In this document: one piece after another, positions 30,222 to 40,633 of the stretch | Layout: every line of letters starts with the position of its first letter | How positions within the stretch are numbered: the first letter of the stretch is position 1 | From: an uncultured Actinomycetes bacterium | GTDB lineage: Bacteria > Actinomycetota > UBA4738 > HRBIN12 | Length of the DNA: 64,000 bases | Reading direction: 5' to 3' | Assembly: GCA_963704885.1 (NCBI GenBank) | Contig: CAVPIB010000001.1 | Coordinates: forward strand, 416,001-480,000 | Made by a program: the position numbers and the translations under genes | The notes under the pieces: generated by a model | Told to the model about the DNA's origin: nothing | Seen by the model: only the letters and a program-made list of their open reading frames with translations | The model's database searches: none

Positions 30222-31604
30222 ATGAGCGACGAGCGCACCCGTTTCGACCTTCGGCCCGAAGACATACCGACCGCGTGGTTCAACATCATGCCCGACCTGG
30301 CTCAGAAGATCGCCCCGCTCCCGCCGCTCAACCCGCAGACGAAGGAGCCGATCGGCCCGGCGGATCTGCTCCCGCTCTTCCCGGAAGCGCTGATCATGCA
30401 GGAGGTGTCCACCGACCAGTGGGTCGACATCCCCGGACCCGTGATCGACATCTACAGGCTGTGGAGGCCGAGCCCGCTGTTCCGCGCGACGCGCTTGGAG
30501 CAGGAGTTGCAGACACCGGCCCGCATCTACTTCAAGTACGAGGGCGTCTCGCCGGCCGGGTCGCACAAGCCGAACACGGCTGTCCCACAGGCCTACTACA
30601 ACAAGGAAGCGGGGATCCGCCGCATCGCGACCGAGACGGGCGCCGGTCAGTGGGGCTCGGCCATGGCCATGGCCTGCAGCATCTTCGGGCTCGAGTGCAC
30701 CGTGTACATGGTGCGGGCCTCGTACGACCAGAAACCGTACCGCCGCATCTTCATGGAGACGTTCGGGGCCGACGTGCTGGCGTCGCCCTCGAAGGAGACC
30801 AACTCCGGCCGCGCCATACTCGAGGGGCATCCGGACTCCACCGGATCGCTAGGGATCGCGATCAGCGAGGCCGTCGAGGACGCCGCGACCCACGACGACA
30901 CGAACTACGCTCTCGGCAGCGTGCTCGGCCACGTGCTTCTCCACCAGACGGTGATCGGCCTGGAGGCGCAGAAGCAGATGGAGATGGCGGGGGAGCAGCC
31001 TGACGTCATCGTCGGGTGCGTGGGTGGCGGCTCCAACTACGCGGGCATCTCGTATCCGTTCATGGCGGGCAAGCTGCGGGGCGAGACGCCGGACCTCAGG
31101 TTCGTGGCGACGGAGCCTGCCGCGTGTCCCACCCTCACCAAGGGGAGGTTCGCGTACGACTACGGCGACACGGCGCAGATCGCGCCGATCGTCCCGATGT
31201 ACACGCTGGGTCACGACTTCGTGCCGGCGCCTGTGCACGCGGGCGGACTTCGGTATCACGGGGACTCGCCGTCGCTGTCGCTCCTGGTCCGTGAGGGATA
31301 CATGGAGGCCAAGGCCTACACGCAGAACGAGATCTTCGGCGCGGCGGTGCGGTTCGCCAAGGCTCAGGGGATCATCCCGGCACCGGAGCCTGCGCACGCG
31401 ATCATGGGCGCGATCGACGAGGCCATCGCCGCGCGCGAGGCCGGCGAGGAGCGCGTGATCCTGTTCAACCTCTGCGGTCACGGGCACTTCGACATGCAGG
31501 CCTACGACGACTACCTCAACGGCCGGCTGCCCGAGGTGGAGTTCGATCCGGCCGACGAAGAGGCCGCGCTCGCGAACCTGCCCGAGGTGCCGATCCAGGT
31601 GTGA
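30222..31604 (+). CDS. trpB2: TrpB2 (TrpB-like PLP enzyme)
   Basis: [56 protein letters not shown]. Confidence 0.93.
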   Translation: MSDERTRFDLRPEDIPTAWFNIMPDLAQKIAPLPPLNPQTKEPIGPADLLPLFPEALIMQEVSTDQWVDIPGPVIDIYRLWRPSPLFRATRLEQELQTPARIYFKYEGVSPAGSHKPNTAVPQAYYNKEAGIRRIATETGAGQWGSAMAMACSIFGLECTVYMVRASYDQKPYRRIFMETFGADVLASPSKETNSGRAILEGHPDSTGSLGIAISEAVEDAATHDDTNYALGSVLGHVLLHQTVIGLEAQKQMEMAGEQPDVIVGCVGGGSNYAGISYPFMAGKLRGETPDLRFVATEPAACPTLTKGRFAYDYGDTAQIAPIVPMYTLGHDFVPAPVHAGGLRYHGDSPSLSLLVREGYMEAKAYTQNEIFGAAVRFAKAQGIIPAPEPAHAIMGAIDEAIAAREAGEERVILFNLCGHGHFDMQAYDDYLNGRLPEVEFDPADEEAALANLPEVPIQV

Positions 31605-31677
31605 GCTCCGGCGGGTATCGATGTCCGGTTGTGCCGTGATGATCTACCTGGTCAAAGAGCTGGACTGAGCCACGTGC

Positions 31678-32733
31678 TCAGTCGGCGATGACCTTCGGCG
31701 CGAGCGCGAACTCCGTCAGCGCCAGGCCCACCGCGGCGCGGGCGAGCAGGTCGTAGCCCGCGTTGTTGAAGTGGAGGCCGTCGGTCTCTCGGATCAGCTG
31801 CACGCCGCCCTCGCTTCGGTAGTACGCGGTGTAGCCTCCATCGGGCGCCGAGAAGAGATCCCACGTGTCCAGGAACGCGACGTTCTGCACGCCTAGTGCC
31901 GCTCGTTCGAAGATGTCGTTCTGACGCTCGACGATGCCCCACCGGCCCTCGTCACGGACGACCGGCAACCCTACCCAGACCAGTCGAGAGCCCTTCGCTG
32001 TGATCAGCTCCATGAAGTCACGCACGCGCTCCTCGTAGGCTCCCGGCCACTCGAACGTGCCCACGGAGGTCTCCTCGCGCCCCCCCGGTGTGCGGAGCGC
32101 CTGGTTGTCGTTCTCGCCGAGCATCACCAGGACGAGGTCTGGCTCGAAGTTGTCGACGATCAGTTCTATGGCCGCCGGCCAGTCGAAGTAGTCGGGCCGG
32201 GCCAGGCCGGTGGAGATCCGTCCCTGCCGCGAGACGCGAACCAGGGAGGGCTTCAGCACCCGCTCCAGGTTGATGCCGAGTCCTGCCGCGAGCGAGTCCC
32301 CGACCACGACGACCCTGAGTTTGTCCTGGCCGGTCGGCTTGCGGATCGGTCCACTGACATCGGGCTCAGGATCGTCGCCGTCGCCGCCGGTCGACGTGGG
32401 GATCGGCTCCGGCGGCAGGACGATCTGACCTCCCGGGGCGGCCTCGGGGTCGCGACCGAGGGCCTCCTCCACCGCGTCGGTGAGCTTGGTGATCTGCAGC
32501 GCTCCGCTGATCGACGCGAACGGCCCCAACACGGCCAGCGCGGCCGACCGTCGCGCGCCCTCTGGTGAGGCCTCGGCGGCGCGCTTCAATGTGGGCGAGA
32601 ACAAGAACGTCCAGAGCACCAGGCACACGAGCATCACCACGAAGACCCGGCCCGCAGGCATGGTCTGGCGAGCGGCCCGGGCAGGCCGTTCCGGTCCCTC
32701 GGTCGCGGGTGCGGGTCGATCGGCGGCAGTCAT
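31678..32733 (-). CDS. DUF459/SGNH-family membrane-anchored putative O-acyltransferase (PatB/AlgJ-like partner)
   Basis: VVGDSLA, STGLARPDYFDW, LGEND, WVGLP, RETDGLHF. Confidence 0.88.
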   Translation of the reverse strand: MTAADRPAPATEGPERPARAARQTMPAGRVFVVMLVCLVLWTFLFSPTLKRAAEASPEGARRSAALAVLGPFASISGALQITKLTDAVEEALGRDPEAAPGGQIVLPPEPIPTSTGGDGDDPEPDVSGPIRKPTGQDKLRVVVVGDSLAAGLGINLERVLKPSLVRVSRQGRISTGLARPDYFDWPAAIELIVDNFEPDLVLVMLGENDNQALRTPGGREETSVGTFEWPGAYEERVRDFMELITAKGSRLVWVGLPVVRDEGRWGIVERQNDIFERAALGVQNVAFLDTWDLFSAPDGGYTAYYRSEGGVQLIRETDGLHFNNAGYDLLARAAVGLALTEFALAPKVIAD

Positions 32734-32737
32734 GGCC

Positions 32738-34165
32738 TCAGAACTGGAAGTAGATGAACGGCGCCACGCCTTGTGGGCCGAGCGTCGAGATCGCGAAGAG
32801 GACGAAGGCGAACATCGCGCCCATGGCGACAGGCTGCAGCGAGGCCACCCGGTCCATGATCCGATCCGCCGTATCGTGCGGCAGCTGCTGCAAGGACAAC
32901 ATCAAGGCGATCGCGACGATCACGAGCGGAGTCACCAACAGGTTCCGCGCCCCCCAGCCTGTAAGGAGCCTTTCGAGCAGCGCGAACGCGGTGGAGATCG
33001 AGTCCGCCCGGAAGAAGACCCAGCCCACGCACACCAGTTGGAACGTGACGACTCGCTGTCCCCATACCCGCGCGGGAGTGTCGGGCGGCTCGGGAAGGCC
33101 GAGCTTCGTTCGCCGGGTCCGGCGCGCGGCGCCCAGCACCTGCCCGACGCCGTGGTACGCACCCCAGAGCACGAACGTCCAGGCGGCTCCGTGCCACAGG
33201 CCTCCCAAGACCATCGTGATCAGGATGTTGATGTACGTGCGTCGTTCGCCCTTCTTCGACCCTCCGAGCGGGATGTAGAGGTAGTCGCGGAGCCATCGGG
33301 AGAGCGTCATGTGCCATCGTCGCCAGAAGTCCCGTAGCGAACGCGCGCTGTACGGCCGGTCGAAGTTCAGCGGGAACCGGAAGCCGAGGAGCTTCGCCAC
33401 CCCGATCGCGATGTCGGTGTACCCGCTGAAGTCGGCGTAGATCACCACCGCGTATCCCCAGATCGCGAACAGGGTCTCGAGCGCGCTGTGCCGTGCCGGA
33501 TCGCCGAACACCGGATCCACGATCGCCGACGCCAAGAAGCTCGAGATGACGACCTTCTTGAACAAGCCGCCAAAGATGAGCCACGCTGCGCCCGCCACGT
33601 CGATGTCGCGTGGATCGCGCCGGACGTCCAGTTGCGGGATCAGCTCGTTGGGTCGCACTATCGGTCCGGCCACCAGGTGCGGGAACAACGAGAGGTAGAG
33701 GAACGTGTCGACCCAGGTGGCCGGCTCCGTCTGTCGTCTGTAGATGTCCACGATGTAGGCGACGGCCATGAACGTGAAGAAGGAGACTCCGATCGGCAGC
33801 ACCACCTGGATGAGAGGCGGCCCGGCGTGGATGCCCAGCTTCGCCAGTCCGTTCGTCACGTTCACGGCGAAGAACCCGTAGTACTTGAAGTAAGCGAGTG
33901 GCAGCAGCGTGGCCGCAACCGCCGCGGCCATCACGGCCTGCCGACGCTTCGGGTCCTGTTGGCGTGCGACCGCGAGTCCGCCCACCTGCGCCAACGCGCT
34001 CACGCCGGCGAGCAGCCACACGAAATGCCAGTCCCACCAGGCGTAGAAGACGTAGCTCGCGCCGATCATGAAGAGCTTCCACGGCAATGGGCGCGGGTTC
34101 AGGAGCCAATGGCCCAGGAAGACCAGGCAGAAGAAGATCGCGAAGTCGATCGTGGGGAAGAGCAT
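32738..34165 (-). CDS. MBOAT O-acyltransferase (AlgI/DltB/PatA-like)
   Basis: LPIGVSFFTF, FPHLVAGPI, IYADFSGYTDIA, FWRRWHMTLSRWLRDYLYIPLGG, GLWHGA, FIYFQF. Confidence 0.95.
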   Translation of the reverse strand: MLFPTIDFAIFFCLVFLGHWLLNPRPLPWKLFMIGASYVFYAWWDWHFVWLLAGVSALAQVGGLAVARQQDPKRRQAVMAAAVAATLLPLAYFKYYGFFAVNVTNGLAKLGIHAGPPLIQVVLPIGVSFFTFMAVAYIVDIYRRQTEPATWVDTFLYLSLFPHLVAGPIVRPNELIPQLDVRRDPRDIDVAGAAWLIFGGLFKKVVISSFLASAIVDPVFGDPARHSALETLFAIWGYAVVIYADFSGYTDIAIGVAKLLGFRFPLNFDRPYSARSLRDFWRRWHMTLSRWLRDYLYIPLGGSKKGERRTYINILITMVLGGLWHGAAWTFVLWGAYHGVGQVLGAARRTRRTKLGLPEPPDTPARVWGQRVVTFQLVCVGWVFFRADSISTAFALLERLLTGWGARNLLVTPLVIVAIALMLSLQQLPHDTADRIMDRVASLQPVAMGAMFAFVLFAISTLGPQGVAPFIYFQF

Positions 34166-34177
34166 GGCGGGGCAACT

Positions 34178-35407
34178 CTATGGCACGTCTCCGACTTCGC
34201 GAAGACGACGCTCCAGGAACGTCCGTTCGTGCGGGTTCATGGGCAGATCCAGCGCGCGTCGATAGGCGGCGGCGGCCTCTTCGGGCCGGTCTAGGCGTCG
34301 CAGCAGATCGGCCCGGGTCGCGTGGAACAAGTGATAGCCGCCGAGCTCCTCGCCCAGGGCGTCCACGAGCGGGAGGGCCGCCGCCGGTCCATCCGCCATT
34401 GCGATCGCCACGGTCCGGTTCAGCTCGATGATCGGTGACGGAGCCATCCGGGAGAGCGCGCCGTAGAGCGCGGAGATCTGCGGCCAGTCGGTGTCCTCGG
34501 GGCGAGGAGCCTGCGCGTGCAGGGCCGCGATAGCCGCCTGGGCCTGATAGGTCCCGGGGGATCCGAGCTCCATGGCGTCGTCGAGCACGGTGACCCCTTC
34601 GTCGATCATGTCGTGGTCCCACCGCGATCGGTCCTGGTCTTCGAGCAGCACCAGCTCGCCCACCGGATCGACGCGCGTGTCCCGACGGGAGTGCTGCAGG
34701 AGCATGAGTGCGAGCAACCCCAGCGCCTCGGGCTCTTGAGGCATCAGCTGGGTCAGCACGCGAGTGAGCCAGATCGCCTCGTCGCATAGCTCCGTACGAA
34801 GGAGCGGTCCCTCGGTGGCGGCATACCCCTCGTTGAAGATCAGATAGAGCACGGCGAGCACTCCGGGGAACCGCTCGGGGAGCAGTTCGCGGGGCGGGAC
34901 GCGATAGGGGATGGCGGCATCGCGGATCTTCCTCTTCGCCCGGACCAGGCGCTGCTGGATGGCGGGCTCGGAAAGGATGAATGCCCGAGCGATCTCGCGA
35001 GTGGATAGCCCGCCGACCGTTCGCAGCGTCAAGGCCACCCGGGCGTCCATCGGCAGCGCCGGGTGGCAGCACGTGAATATCAACCGGAGCCGGTCGTCGG
35101 GGATCTCGTGCATGTCGTCGCCCAGGGCCTCCAGGTCGCGGACGCGCTGCGCGTCCTCCTTCTTTCCTCGACCAAGCTGTTCCCGGCGGAGGCGATCGAT
35201 CGCACGGTGACGTGCGGTCGTCGTGATCCAGGCTCCGGGGTTGTCGGGAACCCCGTCCGTAGGCCATCGCTCGAGCGCGACCGCGAACGCCTCCTGCACA
35301 GCTTCTTCGGCCAGGTCGAAATCGCCGAGCACGCGGATGAGCGTCGCAACCGCCCGCCCCGATTCGTGGCGGAAGAGGCGGTCGACGACCTCGGACGCAT
35401 CGCTCAC
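34178..35407 (-). CDS. ECF sigma factor with C-terminal extension (ECF42-type)
   Basis: [46 protein letters not shown]. Adjacent DGPF gene. Confidence 0.93.
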   Translation of the reverse strand: MSDASEVVDRLFRHESGRAVATLIRVLGDFDLAEEAVQEAFAVALERWPTDGVPDNPGAWITTTARHRAIDRLRREQLGRGKKEDAQRVRDLEALGDDMHEIPDDRLRLIFTCCHPALPMDARVALTLRTVGGLSTREIARAFILSEPAIQQRLVRAKRKIRDAAIPYRVPPRELLPERFPGVLAVLYLIFNEGYAATEGPLLRTELCDEAIWLTRVLTQLMPQEPEALGLLALMLLQHSRRDTRVDPVGELVLLEDQDRSRWDHDMIDEGVTVLDDAMELGSPGTYQAQAAIAALHAQAPRPEDTDWPQISALYGALSRMAPSPIIELNRTVAIAMADGPAAALPLVDALGEELGGYHLFHATRADLLRRLDRPEEAAAAYRRALDLPMNPHERTFLERRLREVGDVP

Positions 35408-35754
35408 ATGTCGAGGATCGGCCTGACCTCGACGCTCCCACCGTGGCTCGCGGCCGGGAGCCGGGTGGCGGCCTCGATCGCCTCATCCAGGTTCGCGCAC
35501 TCGACGATGTAGTAGCCGCCCAGTTGCTCCTTGGTCTCCGCGAAGGGCCCGTCGGTGGTGAGCGTCTGCCCGTCGCGCATCCGGACGGTGGTGGCCTTGT
35601 CGGTGTCCGCGAGAGGATCGCCAGCGCGCATCCAATCCTTCTCAACCAGCCAGGCGGAGTACTTCTCGTATTCCTGCATGGTCGCCGACATCTCCGTCGG
35701 GTCCATGTCGGCGAACGCCGCCTCGTCTCCGTAGATGAGCAACATGTAGCGCAT
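35404..35754 (-). CDS. YCII/DGPF-domain protein
   Basis: [21 protein letters not shown]. Confidence 0.93.
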   Translation of the reverse strand: MRYMLLIYGDEAAFADMDPTEMSATMQEYEKYSAWLVEKDWMRAGDPLADTDKATTVRMRDGQTLTTDGPFAETKEQLGGYYIVECANLDEAIEAATRLPAASHGGSVEVRPILDM

Positions 35755-35859
35755 GCCCGACCCCTTTCGCTCACAGCGGCCATCGGCCGCACCCAACATT
35801 ACCGACGAACGAGCACGCGCGGAATCGACATCGTGGCGGCTCAGGAGGAAGAGTCCGGG

Positions 35860-36978
35860 TCAGCCGTGGAGGTCCGCGTATCGGTCGAAGTAGGACCGGA
35901 CGGTCGGGATCAACTCGGTCACGTAGCCGCCGTTCGAGCAGCCGCGGCACCAAGCTGATGCACGGATCGCCTCCGCCGTGGCGATGTCCCGCGCACACCG
36001 GTGCAGGGCGTCCAGGATGGCCGCGTAGCCGTAGGAGGCCGCACCGCCCGTGAGCGTCTCGGCCGATGCGCGCAACCCTTGGGTCAGAGAGAGGTAGTTC
36101 TGCACGCCGACGGCGTTGAAGCTGGTGGATCTCTTCATGCGATGAGTCGTGGCGAGCGGGTTCCACCGGGCCTCCGTGAACTCGTTCGCCTGCCAAGCCA
36201 CGACCACGATCAGGTTGTCGCGGCACGCCGGGGCGCCGATGTGCCCCAGGAACCGCGCGGCCCAGTCCCCGAAGGGGAGCGCACCTGCGCGTCGGGCCAT
36301 CCGTCGCTCCAGGCGACCGACCTGGCGGGTCGCGTCGTGGCGCTCACCAACAAGCTGTTCCAGCGCGGACTGCTGTTCGGCGAACGCCCCCAACAGCTCG
36401 ACACGCCGCGACTCGATGCGCGCCAGCAGTCGCCCCCGCTCCGAGGCGTTCCACTCCAGCGTGGCGCTCGTCGCGGCCAGCTGGATCGTACGAGCCTGCA
36501 CCTCCGCGGCCAGAGAAGCGTCGGACTCCTGCAGGCTGTCCAGCATCACGGTTCGATCCATCAGGTCGGCGAACGAGTCGGCGCCGAGCAGGTACGAGGC
36601 CGAGGCACCCGGACCTAGGGCTTGGAACGCCTGGCGAGCCCGAGAGTCCAATCGAGCCTGGACCTCTGCCAGGGTCTCGCGGGCCGCAGCGAGCGCGTGT
36701 TGCGCCGCGACCAGTCGCGCCTGTACGTGGTCGAGCGAACGCCGGGCCGAGCTCATGTCCGTTGCGAGCGCGAGTATCTGAGCCTGAAGCTCTGCCGCCT
36801 GCGCACGTGCGTCGCTCACCTCGCGTTCGAGCGATGCCGACCGGTGACGCGCGGACTCGATCGGGGTTCGCGCATCCGCCGTCGACGCGGCGCCGAGCAG
36901 CGCGGTGAGCGCCAAGATGAGAGCTGCCGGTCGACGGCCGCTGGAACTGCGTCTCGTTCGCGTCGTGGCTCCCCCCAC
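35860..36978 (-). CDS. Secreted coiled-coil protein (PcsB/CwlO-like stalk) with an uncharacterised C-terminal domain
   Basis: Signal peptide, long heptad region with YLLGADSFADLMDR, C-terminal AWQANE...WNPLATT...GVQNY. Confidence 0.75.
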   Translation of the reverse strand: MGGATTRTRRSSSGRRPAALILALTALLGAASTADARTPIESARHRSASLEREVSDARAQAAELQAQILALATDMSSARRSLDHVQARLVAAQHALAAARETLAEVQARLDSRARQAFQALGPGASASYLLGADSFADLMDRTVMLDSLQESDASLAAEVQARTIQLAATSATLEWNASERGRLLARIESRRVELLGAFAEQQSALEQLVGERHDATRQVGRLERRMARRAGALPFGDWAARFLGHIGAPACRDNLIVVVAWQANEFTEARWNPLATTHRMKRSTSFNAVGVQNYLSLTQGLRASAETLTGGAASYGYAAILDALHRCARDIATAEAIRASAWCRGCSNGGYVTELIPTVRSYFDRYADLHG

Positions 36979-37043
36979 ATCTCTCCTTCGGCCCGCATAC
37001 CGCCCCGCTTGACGCTTGGACGGCGCGTTAGGCTACCTGGACG

Positions 37044-38210
37044 ATGGAGGCTCCCGACCCGCTCGACTTCCTAGATATCGATCACTTGTTGTCCGCCGAA
37101 GAACGTCAGATCCGCGACCTCGTCCAGGAGTGGGTGCGCGACAAGGTCCTGCCGGGGATCGAGGGCTGGTTCGAGGCGGGTGAGTTCCCGAAAGAGGTCG
37201 CGGTCGAGCTGGGTCGGCTCGGCCTGCTCGGCATGCACCTGGAGGGCTTCGGCTGTCTGGGCGCCAACGCGGTCTCCTACGGCCTGGCGTGTCTGGAGCT
37301 CGAGGCCGGGGACTCAGGCTTCCGGTCGTTCGTCAGCGTCCAGGGCTCGCTCTGCATGTTCCCGATATGGAGGTTCGGGTCCGAAGAGCAGAAAGAGCGC
37401 TGGCTGCCGAGGATGACTTCGGGCGAGGTGATCGGGTGCTTCGGGCTGACAGAGCCGGACTTCGGCAGCGATCCCAACAACATGCGGACGAACGCCAAGC
37501 GCGACGGCGACGACTGGGTCCTCAACGGCACGAAGATGTGGATCACGAACGGCTCGATCGCCGACGTGGCGATCATCTGGGCGCAAACCGACGATGGGAT
37601 CCGAGGGTTCATCGTTGCCACGGACACGCCGGGCTTCTCGGCGAGCGACATCCACCGAAAGCTCTCCCTCCGCGCGAGCGTGACCTCGGAGTTGGTGCTG
37701 GACGAGGTCAGGTTGCCCAACGACGCGGTGCTGCCGGGGGTCACCGGCTTGAAGGGCCCGCTCTCGTGTCTCACGGAAGCGCGGTTCGGGATCGTCTGGG
37801 GAGCGATGGGCGCCGCGCGCGCATGCTTCGCATGCGCGCTCGAGTACTCGAAGAGCCGCGTCCAATGGGGCCGGCCGATCGCCGGGTTCCAGCTCACGCA
37901 GGAGAAGCTCGCGAACATGGCGACCGAGCTGAACAAAGGCACGCTCCTGGCGCTGCACCTGGGCCGCATGAAGGACGAGGGGCGTCTCCGCCCCGAGCAC
38001 GTGAGCATGGGCAAGCTCAACAACGTCCGGGAGGCTCTGGAGATCGCGCGGACCGCGCGCACCATCCTGGGCGCCTCCGGCATCACGCTCGAGTACCCGG
38101 TGATCCGCCACGCGAACAACCTAGAGTCGGTCCTCACCTACGAGGGAACCAGCGAGATCCACACGCTGATCCTGGGCCAGGCGCTCAGCGGCGAGCGCGC
38201 GTTCGATTGA
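37044..38210 (+). CDS. Acyl-CoA dehydrogenase, glutaryl-CoA dehydrogenase-like
   Basis: DSGFRSFVSVQGSL, GCFGLTEPDFGSDP, TKMWITNG, NLESVLTYEGT. Upstream TTGACG and TAGGCT promoter-like boxes. Confidence 0.93.
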   Translation: MEAPDPLDFLDIDHLLSAEERQIRDLVQEWVRDKVLPGIEGWFEAGEFPKEVAVELGRLGLLGMHLEGFGCLGANAVSYGLACLELEAGDSGFRSFVSVQGSLCMFPIWRFGSEEQKERWLPRMTSGEVIGCFGLTEPDFGSDPNNMRTNAKRDGDDWVLNGTKMWITNGSIADVAIIWAQTDDGIRGFIVATDTPGFSASDIHRKLSLRASVTSELVLDEVRLPNDAVLPGVTGLKGPLSCLTEARFGIVWGAMGAARACFACALEYSKSRVQWGRPIAGFQLTQEKLANMATELNKGTLLALHLGRMKDEGRLRPEHVSMGKLNNVREALEIARTARTILGASGITLEYPVIRHANNLESVLTYEGTSEIHTLILGQALSGERAFD

Positions 38211-38279
38211 GGCCGCGTTCGCGGGCACTCATGTAGCCTGTCGACGCAGTCCTTCCTAAGGAGTCCGATGGAGGTACCT

Positions 38280-38465
38280 ATGTCGCGTGATACCGATTGG
38301 ATGGTGTTCGAGAAGGCCGTCGAGGTGACCGCGTCGGCCGTGCGCGGGACAGCAGGTGGTGCCCAGGCGGCATCGTACGTGGGCGACGTGTTCCGCGAGA
38401 TCCACAAGGCGCTCAAGGAGACCACGGACGCCATGCAGCCGAAGGAGTCGAAGGCGGGCTTCTAG
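38280..38465 (+). CDS. Small hypothetical helical protein (61 aa)
   Basis: GGAGG RBS, GC3-biased codons, upstream TAGCCT. Confidence 0.7.
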   Translation: MSRDTDWMVFEKAVEVTASAVRGTAGGAQAASYVGDVFREIHKALKETTDAMQPKESKAGF

Positions 38466-38481
38466 CTTCGCTGCTTCGGCG

Positions 38482-38847
38482 TCAGTCGCGCGGCGTGACG
38501 TCGCGGAGCGACACGATCCCCAACACACGGCCGTCCTCCACCACCGGCACGTGACGGAACCCCCGGTCGAGCATCAGATCCAGGGCCTCGCCGGCGTTTG
38601 ACCCAGGCGTCAAGGTGAAGGGGTCGGGCGTCATCCAGTGAGAGACCAGATGGCCCGCCGCGTCGAAGTCCGAGGCCAGGGCCCGCAGGATGTCGCGCTC
38701 AGTGAAGATCCCAGCCAGTCGTTCACCATCCATGATGAGCGCGGCCCCTACCTTCCCGGTGCCCATCACGGTGGCCGCCTCGGCGACGGTGGCGCCCGGC
38801 GTCACGCTGACCAATTCGGTGCTCATGACGTCCCGGATCGTGTTCAT
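38482..38847 (-). CDS. CBS-domain pair protein
   Basis: GIFTERDIL, WMTPDP, GFRHVPVV..GIVSLRD. Confidence 0.93.
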   Translation of the reverse strand: MNTIRDVMSTELVSVTPGATVAEAATVMGTGKVGAALIMDGERLAGIFTERDILRALASDFDAAGHLVSHWMTPDPFTLTPGSNAGEALDLMLDRGFRHVPVVEDGRVLGIVSLRDVTPRD

Positions 38848-38925
38848 GACCCCTCCCGCCGCGAGCCTAGTCGTCGCGACGCGGCCCGGGAAGCCCTACC
38901 CGGTGGGTTCCGGGCCAGCGGAGTA

Positions 38926-38981
38926 TTGACAACCCGCCACCAACCCGCGTAGGCTCGGTTCCAGTTATGAGAATCATTCTC
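38926..38981 (+). promoter_or_regulatory. znuC promoter with a Fur/Zur-type box
   Basis: TTGACA (38926)-N18-TAGGCT (38950). Palindrome GAGAAT-C-ATTCTC at 38969-38981, upstream of an operon encoding a Fur-family regulator. Confidence 0.8.
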
Positions 38982-39011
38982 GACTACTCGAGACGTTCCG
39001 AGGTGAACTGA

Positions 39012-39788
39012 GTGGAGGCCGTCGATCGTCGCAACGAGTCGACCTCGACCCTGCTCGAGGCGCGGAACGTGACCTTCGCCTACGGGCGCACTGACGTTCT
39101 CCAGGACGTGAGCCTCTCGATCGGACCGGGTGAGTTCGTGGCGCTGGTGGGGCCGAACGGTTCGGGGAAGTCCACCCTCCTGCGGATCCTCCTCGGCGTG
39201 CTGGCACCACGAGCGGGGTCCGTGTCGCTCTTCGGGACCACGCCACGGCATCTCCGTGATCGATCGCGACTCGGTTACGTCCCGCAGCGGCCCTCGCTCG
39301 CGTCCGAGGTCCCGGCGACCGTCGCCGAGATCGTGTCTGCGGGACGGCTCGAGCGAGGCCGTTGGTGGCGGCGGCTGGGCGATGCCGATGGGCAAGCGGT
39401 CCAGCATGCTCTGGAATCGGTCGGCCTGGTCCCGGACGCTGAGCGGCCGCTGAACGAGCTCTCGGGCGGACAGCAGCAGCGTGTATTCATCGCACGGGCG
39501 CTGGCGAGCGAGCCGCAACTCTTGGTGCTGGACGAGCCGATCGCCGGCGTCGACGCCGAGTCCCAGCGCCGGTTCCGCGACTCCTTGGTTCATCTCATCC
39601 AGGAGCACGGCGCCGGCGTGCTCCTCGTGTCGCACGAGCTGTCGGCCGTTGCTCACGACCTGGATCGTGTGATCGTCCTGAAAGGCCGGGTGCTCTTCGA
39701 TGGACCGCCGGCCCAGCTGGCAGCCTCCGGCGTGTCCCTCGGAGTGCACGCGGAGGATCTTCCTCTATGGCTGGAAGGGCTCCGATGA
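39012..39788 (+). CDS. znuC: Zn/Mn ABC ATP-binding protein (ZnuC-like)
   Basis: GPNGSGKST, GYVPQR, LSGGQQQRVFIARAL, LDEP. Confidence 0.88.
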   Translation: MEAVDRRNESTSTLLEARNVTFAYGRTDVLQDVSLSIGPGEFVALVGPNGSGKSTLLRILLGVLAPRAGSVSLFGTTPRHLRDRSRLGYVPQRPSLASEVPATVAEIVSAGRLERGRWWRRLGDADGQAVQHALESVGLVPDAERPLNELSGGQQQRVFIARALASEPQLLVLDEPIAGVDAESQRRFRDSLVHLIQEHGAGVLLVSHELSAVAHDLDRVIVLKGRVLFDGPPAQLAASGVSLGVHAEDLPLWLEGLR

Positions 39789-40633
39789 TCGCCGCACTGC
39801 CACTTCCGTATCCGTTCGACACGACCGCGATGCAGACCGCGTTGGTCGCATGCGTCGCCGTCGGCACGGTCGCTCCCATGATCGGAACGTTCCTGGTCCA
39901 GAAGCGCCTGTCGTTGATCGGCGACGGCGTCGGACACGTTGCGTTCGCGGGCGTGGGCGCAGGGTTGCTTCTCGGCGTCTGGCCCGTCTGGACGGCGCTG
40001 GTGTTCGCGGTGATAGGGGCCGTCGGTGTCGAGTTCCTGCGGATACGCCGCAAGGCGTCCGGAGATCTGGCGCTCGCCCTCTTCTTCTATACGGGTATCG
40101 CGCTGGGCGTCGTGTTCGCCAGCCGCGCCGGCAACCTGGACTTCGAGACGCTCCCGTACCTGTTCGGGGATCCGTTCACGGTGACCCGCACCGGCCTCGC
40201 CACGCTCCTGGCCCTCGGCGTCGTCGTCATGGCCGGCGCCGGCGCCCTGCGGCGCGTCCTGTTCGCCGTCGTTACCGATGAAGACTGGTCCCGGGTGGCG
40301 GGGCTCCCAGTCGAGGGACTCAGCATCGTCCTGGCGGCGCTGACCGCGGCCGTCATCGTCGCCGGGATGCGGGTGGTAGGGATCCTCCTGGTGGCGGCGA
40401 TGACGGTCCTCCCGGTGGCTTCTGCCCAGCTGCTCGCGCGCTCGTTCCGGAACACGCTGCGACTCGCCGTGGCGATCGGAGGGATGTCATCCGTCCTCGG
40501 CCTTGCCCTCGGCCGGATCCTGCATGTCGCCCCGGGCGGTGCGATCGTCCTGGTAGCGGCGGCGTTCTTCGCGGGCGTTGCGCTGGTGAAGGGTGGAGCG
40601 CTCAAGGTGTTCGAGATCGAGGCGCACCGGTGA
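39785..40633 (+). CDS. znuB: Zn/Mn ABC permease (ZnuB-like)
   Basis: SLIGDGVGHVAFAG, YLFGD, VVGILLVAA. Confidence 0.88.
   Translation: MIAALPLPYPFDTTAMQTALVACVAVGTVAPMIGTFLVQKRLSLIGDGVGHVAFAGVGAGLLLGVWPVWTALVFAVIGAVGVEFLRIRRKASGDLALALFFYTGIALGVVFASRAGNLDFETLPYLFGDPFTVTRTGLATLLALGVVVMAGAGALRRVLFAVVTDEDWSRVAGLPVEGLSIVLAALTAAVIVAGMRVVGILLVAAMTVLPVASAQLLARSFRNTLRLAVAIGGMSSVLGLALGRILHVAPGGAIVLVAAAFFAGVALVKGGALKVFEIEAHR

Noticed and set aside
30222-31604. Standalone trpB as a broken trp operon
   Set aside because: Its motifs match TrpB2, which is commonly encoded apart from trpA.
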